Below the pieces are notes generated by a model, which saw only the letters and a list, made by a program, of their open reading frames with translations, made no database searches and was not told the origin of the DNA. A program made the position numbers and the translations under genes. From Eledone cirrhosa (Eukaryota), in the NCBI GenBank assembly GCA_964016885.1, contig OZ024740.1:329096001-329160000 (forward strand): DNA of 64,000 nt. The letters run 5' to 3'. Shown in pieces: positions 1 through 10,034 of this stretch; position 1 is the stretch's first letter, and every line of letters starts with the position of its first letter.

Positions 1-959
1 TTAAATCGAATCTCTGGCGGTTTGCAAGCAAATTCGGTCTACTTATATGAAATGATGAGTTAGCAAAGCACTCGATAAGTTAGGTCCTTAGAGTAATAAC
101 ATACGTTTAAATAGCTTGACAAATCTAACATTGTGGTAGGCAAAATCTAACACACAATAATATACCAAAGTAACGATAGAACTAACAGGTTGAGAAAAAA
201 AATATATATAGAGAGAGAGAGAGTGAGAGAGAGCAAGAGTTGGAACAACGGACATTGGAAGGTTAGAAACAAATATTAAGAGGCGGCTACTTGAGTAGAA
301 CGGCGTTCGGGTGTGTGAATCAAAGCGGTTTGTGTATCGTTAATGGAAGTATGCATGTGTGTATATCTGCGTGTATCAGTGAATTTTCTAAACAAATTTT
401 TGTGAACATGCGTTTACACATTTCAGTGAGTGACACATGTGTGTCTGTGATGTGTACATGTGCATTGGGTGAAATTATGCGGTTATATGTTTGTGCATGC
501 AGGTGTGTTTATGCATGCTATTGCATAAGCTTATAACACTGTCTGTATCTGAGGCCTGCAGGAAGGAATAGTGTGTGGCGGTCAAAGATGGGCTATTTCA
601 GGAAGTTAGTGGTTTTATGTGTGTACTGATAGAAAAGGGATCTATTTTTGATGTTTAAGTTTGCCGTGTAGCATAGTTGGTCATGTTTGTACAATTAGGT
701 AATTAGTAGCGTTAGTAAAATTAAATGTGTATATTTATCTATGGTCTTGTTGATGCGTTTATATATGTGTTTGTGTTTTTTGCTGGATTTGTTGTAGTGT
801 GCTTTGGATAATTCGTGTGTGTTGTGTGAGTGACCTGTTGATATCATTAATTAGTTAATTAGAAGCGTTAATAAAATTAGATGTGCGTCTATGATCAGGT
901 TGATGTAACTAATTAATTAGTTGGTGTATGCATGTGTTTTATTCGTATCTATGTGTGAT

Positions 960-2180
960 AGTATGTCTATGTACGTGAGTGAGTGGGTGTGTTGGCGAGG
1001 TTGTAGTACACGTGTGTTGATGTGAGAGGTAAGTATTCGCTAAAGGAAGAGGGGTGTGGAATTAAGGCCATGTCCAGTAAAAGTTGGAAAAGAAAAAAAT
1101 ATAGCTGTATTTCTCTCCTCAAGTTCGAGTCCCGGGTTCCAGGGCAAGCGAAAAAAAAAAGCGAAATATAGGTGTTGAAGGGACTCCCCTGCAGTCGGTG
1201 GAAGAGAAATAGGATCGCCCTCTGGAGGGGCAAAGTTGAGTGATGGTATGTACGGGGGAATGGTAGTTGGTTTTGAGAAGTGATGGCGTGGTGTGAGGGC
1301 AGTGGTGTGGTCGACTTCAAGGGCACAAGTGAGGGTGGTTTAGACCAGGGTGGGTGATAATGAATCTGCATTTTGATGTCATGGTATCGACATTACAGAC
1401 GGCGGAATGTTTGAGAGTAGGAGAAGGAATGTTTGATATGATTGAGGTGTGAGGAAGAGACATCGAGATAGGATTAGTGATCGCTTGGTATGCAAATGCA
1501 GAACTGATGAGGGAACTATCGGAGAGATCAATGGAGACAGACATGTCCTGGAAGTGAACGGAGATGGAAATGGTAAAGTCAAATGCGGGGTGAAAGAAAC
1601 TGAGAAAAGAGAGAAATGAGACGAGATGCTTCTGGGTGAGTGAGTTGGCACCGACACCGTCGATATAACTGCCGTATTGATGGAAAGAAGGGAGGAATTT
1701 AACTGGCAGAGTTTGGTAAAGATGAAGAAATTGAAAATTGGTGTTTAAGATGTTGGACGAAGAGCAGGATTGAATGTACTAAGAAAGAGTGGCAGTTGGA
1801 AAAGGGAAGAAGAATAATTTGAGGATGTTGCGGTTGATAATGCGGATCATGGAGAGGTTGGAGCGGATGGTTGCATGCATGAAAATACGGGAGGATCGGC
1901 TGAATATGTGTTCGATAGAGGGGGACGAGTGGGTTGTGGGCTCGAAGTGTAGGGAAAAATCTCTGTGATGATATGGAGGTGAAGGCAGTGGATGAGGAAA
2001 ATAATATGGCTGAAGAGCCGGTTTGTTGCGAAAAAAGTTACAAAAGTTACGGAGACTGTATAGAATGGTAAAGGGGTAAAATAAACGAGGAAGTGTTTTA
2101 CACAGGAGTTGTGGTGATAGAGAAACGTTTTCTTGTTGGTCATATTGTGCACGAAGAACAAAGGAAGGATTGCCCGAAGA
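960..2180 (-). mobile_element. Degenerate Penelope-like element (PLE) reverse transcriptase/linker remnant
   Basis: Minus-strand translation across frameshifts gives YGSYIDG..SFFHPAFDFTISIS (RT YIDD region), SYLDVSSSHLNHIKHSFSYSQTFRRL (PLE thumb, cf. YL.F.SSHP.H.K.SIPYSQ..RL) and LPFPRTYHH...ILFLFHRLQ...RDSNLR (PLE linker). The 5' boundary is uncertain. Confidence 0.6.
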
Positions 2181-2184
2181 GTTT

Positions 2185-2187
<3 letters not shown>

Positions 2188-2241
<54 letters not shown>
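2188..2241. repeat. (GA)n microsatellite
   Basis: Direct sequence. Confidence 0.95.
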
Positions 2242-2244
<3 letters not shown>

Positions 2245-2460
2245 GAAATTAGTGAGGGAAATTTGGTAGAGGAGGGTTGTGGAAGATTAGTGCACTGCAA
2301 GAGTTGTTCAATGAAACCAGCAACTAAAAGACCATGTCAACCCGTGGGTGAAGATTTCCAAGATAGATAAATAGTTTAAGAATGACTAAGAGAAGCACGG
2401 AAAATCCAGAGGAAAGAATCATTTTCTCTTTCAAGGTATAATTATTTTTAATAATAATAA

Positions 2461-2640
2461 TTGTTACTACATTTGGCAAAAGGCCAGCAATTATCCCAAT
2501 TCATTACTGGTACTCTATTTTAGCGACCCGGTAAGGATGAAAGGCAAATTAACCTCGGAGGGATTTGAACTCAGACGATAAAGGGGCGTACCTCTACGCC
2601 ACAATGCATGGCATCGGACCCTTTACCGATACTGCCAATC
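2461..2640 (-). mobile_element. tRNA-derived SINE (diverged copy)
   Basis: Minus strand has an A-box-like TGGCAGTATCGG, a B-box GAGTTCAAATCC, the core TTTCATCCTTAC.GGGTCG and an (ATT)n tail. Same family as the copies at 21.3, 21.5, 37.2, 37.4, 38.4 and 41.2 kb. Confidence 0.85.
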
Positions 2641-2664
2641 TAACTATAATAACGGGAAGAAGAG

Positions 2665-3250
2665 CTAAATATAGAGAAAAAAGGGATAAAGAAAGAAAAG
2701 AGAACAGGTAGGGTAGGGGATGGCAAGAACTCTGGTGTTGCATAAGGGGAGGAGTGAAGGGGAGGGTGATTGGGCTTTGGGCTTAGAGAATGGGGCAGAA
2801 CTGCTGCGCCCCACGGACAAGACCGCAAAAGAATTTCCGCGGAAGATGGCCATTGACAACCCCTGCAACAGCCACCCAACCACACGGGGCTCCTTCCTCA
2901 GACGGGCAACCGATGTTCCGATCTTGCGCAGGAGCTCGGCTGTACGGGTTCCAAGAACGCCAGAGGTCCCGACGGTGACCGGTGCGAAGAGGAAGCGGTC
3001 GGACAAACTCCGGTATTTGTTTATTTTACGTTCTTCTGCGAGGCGGGGTCGTGATGCCGGGGTTTGTGGCCGAAGCGACTAATTTGGAGGGGGAGAATGT
3101 GTCGCAGCAGGTGGCGTCAAGACAGATGGTGCAGGTCGAACTTGTCAACAACCGCCCTGCAGCGGCATTTAAGTGGCTCACGCACGTGGAGGCCAATGTG
3201 TTGGGCTACTTCGATGCGAGTTCACTCATCATCATGAAGTGTACCGGTTG
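2665..3250 (-). mobile_element. 3' fragment of a CRE-like non-LTR retrotransposon (restriction-like endonuclease C-terminus)
   Basis: Minus-strand LDATCCDTFSPS...FLFAPVTVGTSGVLG...LLRKIG...EPRVVGWLLQGLSMAIFRGNSFAVL matches the CRE-clade RLE C-terminal pattern (WDAT..DT / F.P...ET.G..G / QRLS.A.QRGNA..VL). Frameshifted. Confidence 0.7.
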
Positions 3251-3334
3251 AATGGGAGGACACCAAATTGATCGTTATGAAAATACATCTATACATGAAA
3301 ACTTATTCACACACATCTCTCTACACTCTCACCA

Positions 3335-3348
3335 CTCTCTCTCTCACA

Positions 3349-3422
<74 letters not shown>

Positions 3423-3430
3423 GTATATAT
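3335..3430. repeat. (CT)n(AT)n compound microsatellite
   Basis: Direct sequence. Confidence 0.9.
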
Positions 3431-3435
3431 AAAAC

Positions 3436-3665
3436 CAAGTCAAATTATGGTGCGCTTTCATCAGATAAAATATAATATAGATCAGTTTTAGCTTCCAACA
3501 GAAATGTTCGCATTCTTTAAGGGTGTGTCAATATTTATTTATAAAACTGATCTATATTATATTTTATCTGATGAAAGCGCACCATAATTTGACTTAGTGT
3601 CCTTGAAATATATATAATGAAATAAATATGGTTTTATAAATATAGTTTCCATTTGTTAATATATC
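3436..3665 (+). repeat. Fold-back repeat with a hammerhead-like motif (family H2)
   Basis: 3436-3490 is the reverse complement of 3542-3595. Plus-strand motif at 3560-3624: TATTTTAT-CTGATGA-(imperfect stem II)-GAA-ATATATAT-A-ATGAAATA. Homologous to 15996-16335 and 38534-38680. Confidence 0.75.
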
Positions 3666-3752
3666 GATTTTACTCCAAAAATTTGTTGAGCGCTTTATAT
3701 CAGTTATAAAAATATTTGCTTGTTGTATCCCAACAATTTAAATATAACTTCT

Positions 3753-3819
<67 letters not shown>

Positions 3820-3826
<7 letters not shown>

Positions 3827-4012
3827 TAAAATAACAGATTAAAGTTTAAGCAAAGAATCGCTACTTTCACCCTGTCGTCCTCCGGTTGCAACGTTTTTTA
3901 AAATATCCAGTTCTGCGTTTACAGATTGACTTTGTTAGTTTCAGAAGATCCCGTTAAGGGTGAAAGCAGCGATTCTTTGCTTTAACTTTAATCTGTTATT
4001 TTAATAAATATT
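3820..4012. repeat. ~50-bp inverted repeat bordering a (TA)n tract; right arm overlaps a decayed hammerhead-like core
   Basis: TTATTAAAATAACAGATTAAAGTTTAAGCAAAGAATCGCTACTTTCACCC is mirrored at ~3958-4008. CAGAAGA-TCCC-GTTAA-GGGT-GAAA lies at ~3942-3965, with one core mismatch. Confidence 0.7.
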
Positions 4013-4084
4013 TGCTCTACGGTTTTTATATTTTTGATATATATTTTCCTTATCGAGCCCTCTTTGGATTTTAGTCTTCAATTT

Positions 4085-4093
4085 TATTATTAT

Positions 4094-4165
<72 letters not shown>

Positions 4166-4208
4166 ATATATACATATATATACGCATATATATATATATA
4201 TTATATAT

Positions 4209-4245
<37 letters not shown>

Positions 4246-4290
4246 AATATATGTATGCACCGCCCTATACACACACACACACATACACAT

Positions 4291-4335
<45 letters not shown>

Positions 4336-4375
4336 CATAAATACACACATAAACGCACACACACATATATACAAT
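4085..4375. repeat. (TA)n/(TG)n/(CA)n compound microsatellite
   Basis: Direct sequence. Confidence 0.9.
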
Positions 4376-4896
4376 TACTCCTGGGGTGTATTAGGCACGA
4401 TGAAAAGAATCTAATAAGAAAATTTACCTCGTTTAAAGCATCACTAATAAGCTAACTGTTTCGGCCGGAAGGCACAGACATAATTGTTATTATCATAAGA
4501 TTCTCAGAAGTTCTAATCTTTGGACATTTCGTAGGAAATTCTTTTGTTATTTTTAATATGAGTAGAATCTCAGCTGCATAATCAATAAAGCGGCGGATTG
4601 TTTGGCCGCCCGTCCTTGCATATTCATTTCAAAACAGTGAATTACATGGTTTCACTCGGGTTTTATAATACATTTATCTAACGAATTTAGGGATGCTAAG
4701 TCCTTATATGATTCAAATGATTGTTAGCCTTGTTGTGGTACTGGACTTGGAAATATCATGAGGAGTTCCTTTTACTGTACATACGTATATTGCATCTATG
4801 GGAGGGTCACTAAACGAATTTAGTCTATGTCTGACTTCATTCATAACTAAAGATATGATTAGGAGAATATTGGAATGTACCAGCAAACCATTCTGT

Positions 4897-5862
4897 ATTT
4901 AATGTATCTGAATATAATGATATTTCTGATGTTGGTGTCACAACAACTCTCTGTGTGCCATTTAATATGCCTGAATATAATGATATTTCTCATGTTGGTG
5001 TCACAACAAGCTCTCTGTGTGTCATTTAATATGCCTGAATATAATGATATTTCTGATGTTGGTGTCACAACAACTCTCTGTGTGCCATTTAATATGCCTG
5101 AATATAATGATATTTCTGATGTTGGTGTCACAACAAGCTCTCTGTGTGCCATTTAATATGCCTGAATATAATGATATTTCTCATGTTGGTGTCACAACAA
5201 CTCTCTGTGTGTCATTTAATATGCCTGAATATAATGATATTTCTCATGTTGGTGTCACAAAAAGCTCTCTGTATGTCATTTAATATGCCTGAATATAATG
5301 ATATTTCTGATGTTGGTGTCACAACAACTCTCTGTGTGCCATTTAATATGCCTGAATAAAATGATATTTCTCATGTTGGTGTCACAACAAGCTCTCTGTG
5401 TGCCATTTAATATGCCTGAATAAAATGATATTTCTCATGTTGGTGTCACAACAAGCTCTCTGTGTGCCATTTAATATGCCTGAATATAATGATATTTCTC
5501 ATGTTGGTGTCACAACAAGCTCTCTGGGTGTCATCTAATATGCCTGAATATAATGATATTTCTCATGTTGGTGTCACAACAACTCTCTGTGTGCCATTTA
5601 ATATGCCTGAATATAATGATATTTCTCATGTTGGTGTCACAACAAGCTCTCTGTGTGCCATTTAATATGCCTGAATATAATGATATTTCTCATGTTGGTG
5701 TCACAACAAGCTGTCTGGGTGTCATTTAATATGCCTGAATATAATGATATTTCTCATGTTGGTGTCACAACAAGCTCTCTGTGTGCCATTTAATATGCCT
5801 GAATATAATGATATTTCTCATGTTGGTGTCACAACAAGCTCTCTGTGTGTCATTTAATATGC
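4897..5862. repeat. 61/62-bp minisatellite, ~15-16 copies
   Basis: Unit TTTAATATGCCTGAATATAATGATATTTCTCATGTTGGTGTCACAACAAGCTCTCTGTGTGCCA repeated in tandem with a few variant positions. Confidence 0.95.
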
Positions 5863-5939
5863 TTGTTATTAGGAAGGAAATACAGACGTAGAAATCCTTA
5901 TGAAATGGAATGCACGAACGTGATTTATGCCTCCGAATG

Positions 5940-6524
5940 CATCTAAGATAGTACATTTATACAAGAAGAGATTCAGACATCCTAGCCAGTAAGGAACACA
6001 TCTAAGATAGTACATTTATACAAGAAGAGATTCAGACATCCTAGCCAGCAAGAACACATCTAAGATAGTACATTTATACAAGAAGAGATTCAGACATCCT
6101 AGCCAGCAAGAACACATCTAAAATAGTACATTTATACAAGAAGAGATTCAGACATCCTAGCCAGTAAGGAACACATCTAAGATAGTACATTTATACAAGA
6201 AGAGATTCAGACATCCTAGCCAGCAAGAACACATCTAAGATAGTACATTTATACAAGAAGAGATTCAGACATCCTAGCCAGCAAGAACACATCTAAAATA
6301 GTACATTTATACAAGAAGAGATTCAGACATCCTAGCCAGCAAGAACACATCTAAGATAGTACATTTATACAAGAAGAGATTCAGACATCCTAGCCAGTAA
6401 GGAACACATCTAAGATAGTACATTTATACAAGAAGAGATTCAGACATCCTAGCCAGCAAGAACACATCTAAGATAGTACATTTATACAAGAAGAGATTCA
6501 GACATCCTAGCCAGCAAGAACACA
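5940..6524. repeat. 58/59-bp minisatellite, ~10 copies
   Basis: Unit CATCTAAGATAGTACATTTATACAAGAAGAGATTCAGACATCCTAGCCAGCAAGAACA repeated in tandem. The GTAAGG and AAATAG variants recur. Confidence 0.95.
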
Positions 6525-7829
6525 TGAAATCACAGTCAAGATGATGATGAGGAAAGAGATGATAATGAATATTGTTTCGGTGAAGGAGGTCTGAATATAT
6601 AAAAGGTTGGATATTTCGGGATTTATAGACAGACCTAGTATGCGATACCTGGTTGATAATTGTCTTGGGAAGAATAGGTGTCAACTGGAAAAGAAAACAA
6701 TGATTGCAAGGATATGTTGGAGGGTTGTGCGGGAACGATTAAATAAAAATGCTAAGAAATAATTCTATAAGGTTAGTAAAATATATTTGCAGCAACCTTG
6801 GAGCGGTTACGTGGATAACACGTTAAAAAATTAACATGTTTCGGTTTATAGGTTGAATGAACCCAGATATTCGTTGGAAGCATATGAACCTTGTTCGATA
6901 ACCACCCCATGTAAATAAGTTTTCCATCCTCGTCTCTGAGTTTCGTCCTTGAACAAGACACTTTGCTCCAGCCATTTCCGTTAGCTCTTGTAATTCAAAA
7001 GATCAGCTTCGTCACATACTATGCTATGCTCATTCTCCCAGAGAACTACATTAAATGTGTACGTGCCACGAGAATATTCAGCCATTTATACGTTAAATTT
7101 ATGAGCAAGAATGTTCTTTTGTTCGAACGGCTGGACCACACACACTTTAATACATATATATACTTATACACACATATGCACAGAAACACACACACACACG
7201 TACATATATATATATATATATATGTGTGTGTGTACGTGTGTGTGTGTTTATGTGTATGTATGTGTATGTTTGTGTCTGTGCGCGTGTGGTGCGTGTGTGC
7301 GCGTGAACATTTAGATAGAAATACAGGAAATAAAGAGCGTCAGCGCTCCGTGGAGATGAGATAAAAATATACGGAAACGGCACATACCGTATAATTGAAA
7401 GTAAGTAATCAAACAAGATGGCGCCAATAATGTTGTAAAACAGAAATATAGAAAAAAGACAGAAAACAATGAAAACAGTCATGTCAGCTCACCATAGATG
7501 CAAGGGAGATTATTAAATGTCATTAATGTATATTATCTCCCGTTATGATATTTTACTTCATTTATAATTGCATATTTCTGTTTATGTTTACGTTTATTAA
7601 GGGTGCGTAAAGTATTGTACTGGGTGGAAAGCAATTTGTGAGTAATGATTGCGTTGCGATTGGAAATCTTTATTGGAGTAAGGAAGTCCTCTTCAATTGT
7701 TCTAATTTTGTATATATATTCATTAAGAGTCTAGTTATAAATTTAGTGGATATCTCAAATAATTGACCATACAAACACTGTATTGAAGTATTGTACAAAC
7801 ACAAACATAATCAACCCGATGCATACAAA

Positions 7830-7865
7830 AACACATACACACATACAAAACCTATATATGTATAT

Positions 7866-7908
<43 letters not shown>

Positions 7909-8000
7909 CGCACTCACACTCATATATATATGTACATATGTATATACGTATGTATGCATATATATATGTACATATATATATGAGTGTGTGTGTGTATGTT

Positions 8001-8035
<35 letters not shown>

Positions 8036-8064
8036 ATATATGTATATATATATATATATATATA
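7830..8064. repeat. Degenerate (TA)/(CA)/(TG) microsatellite flanking the 479-bp array
   Basis: Direct sequence. Confidence 0.85.
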
Positions 8065-9642
8065 TAAATGTAAGTATGTATGTATACGTACATACATATA
8101 TGTATACAGACGTACAGTAGCATGCATATATATATATATATATATATACATATATACACATATGCATACAGGTACACATACATATATGCACGCATCAGTT
8201 TAGCCGACGTTTATTATAACGCCTGCTTTGTTCGTTTGTTTGTCAACAAATCGAACAGCCTGAATTTATGCCATACGGTGTTAAGGCAACCACGTCACCT
8301 TTTTTGTTCAACACTGACACAGGAACGATGTACTAGTTTCAAGCTTGTTAGCTATCATCAGCACCGTTTACCCATCTGCCAGATAGTTGAACGTTCGAAA
8401 GTATATACTTTCCTTATGAAAATTAACGGCTGAGCAGCCTAATTTGCATATTGAGTGAGTTAAATCGGTCAGGCATACCGAAAACGATAAGTTGAAAAAA
8501 ATGAAAACGAAATTTCATTTCTCACTCTTAGTATGGCACTTACTTAAATGTAAGTATGTATGTATACGTACATACATATATGTATACAGACGTACAGTAG
8601 CATGCATATATATATATATATATATATACATATATACACATATGCATACAGGTACACATACATATATGCACGCATCAGTTTAGCCGACGTTTATTATAAC
8701 GCCTGCTTTGTTCGTTTGTTTGTCAACAAATCGAACAGCCTGAATTTATGCCATACGGTGTTAAGGCAACCACGTCACCTTTTTGTTCAACACTGACACA
8801 GGAACGATGTACTAGTTTCAAGCTTGTTAGCTATCATCAGCACCGTTTACCCATCTGCCAGATAGTTGAACGTTCGAAAGTATATACTTTCCTTATGAAA
8901 ATTAACGGCTGAGCAGCCTAATTTGCATATTGAGTGAGTTAAATCGGTCAGGCATACCGAAAACGATAAGTTGAAAAAAATGAAAACGAAATTTCATTTC
9001 TCACTCTTAGTATGGCACTTACTTAAATGTAAGTATGTATGTATACGTACATACATATATGTATACAGACGTACAGTAGCATGCATATATATATATATAT
9101 ATATACATATATACACATATGCATACAGGTACACATACATATATTCACGCATCAGTTTAGCCGACGTTTATTATAACGCCTGCTTTGTTCGTTTGTTTGT
9201 CAACAAATCGAACAGCCTGAATTTATGCCATACGGTGTTAAGGCAACCACGTCACCTTTTTGTTCAACACTGACACAGGAACGATGTACTAGTTTCAAGC
9301 TTGTTAGCTATCATCAGCACCGTTTACCCATCTGCCAGATAGTTGAACGTTCGAAAGTATATACTTTCCTTATGAAAATTAACGGCTGAGCAGCCTAATT
9401 TGCATATTGAGTGAGTTAAATCGGTCAGGCATACCGAAAACGATAAGTTGAAAAAAATGAAAACGAAATTTCATTTCTCACTCTTAGTATGGCACTTACT
9501 TAAATGTAAGTATGTATGTATACGTACATACATATATGTATACAGACGTACAGTAGCATGCATATATATATATATATATATATACATATATACACATATG
9601 CATACAGGTACACATACATATATGCACGCATCAGTTTAGCCG
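8065..9642 (-). repeat. 479-bp hammerhead-containing tandem repeat, left (inverted) arm, ~3.3 units
   Basis: Near-identical units with 477-480-bp period. Reverse complement of the right arm. Joins the right arm at a 2-bp CG microhomology (9641-9642). Confidence 0.95.
8324..8368 (-). ncRNA. Type I hammerhead ribozyme motif (representative of 3 minus-strand copies)
   Basis: Exact reverse complement of 9782-9826. Further copies at 8803-8847 and 9280-9324. Confidence 0.85.
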
Positions 9643-9994
9643 TTTTCATTTTTTTCAACTTATCGTTTTCGGTATGCCTGACCGATTTAACTCACTCAAT
9701 ATGCAAATTAGGCTGCTCAGCCGTTAATTTTCATAAGGAAAGTATATACTTTCGAACGTTCAACTATCTGGCAGATGGGTAAACGGTGCTGATGATAGCT
9801 AACAAGCTTGAAACTAGTACATCGTTCCTGTGTCAGTGTTGAACAAAAAGGTGACGTGGTTGCCTTAACACCGTATGGCATAAATTCAGGCTGTTCGATT
9901 TGTTGACAAACAAACGAACAAAGCAGGCGTTATAATAAACGTCGGCTAAACTGATGCGTGCATATATGTATGTGTACCTGTATGCATATGTGTA

Positions 9995-10034
<40 letters not shown>

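Noticed and set aside
4897-6524. CRISPR-like appearance of the 62-bp and 58-bp repeats
   Set aside because: Units are contiguous with no unique spacers, there are no cas genes, and the context is eukaryotic.
7410-7430. YY1-like motif AAGATGGCG as a promoter
   Set aside because: Isolated short motif with no supportable downstream gene.
9700-9710. Octamer ATGCAAAT in each 479-bp unit as an snRNA-type promoter element
   Set aside because: An 8-mer in AT-rich DNA with no recognisable PSE or SPH partner; a chance occurrence is plausible.
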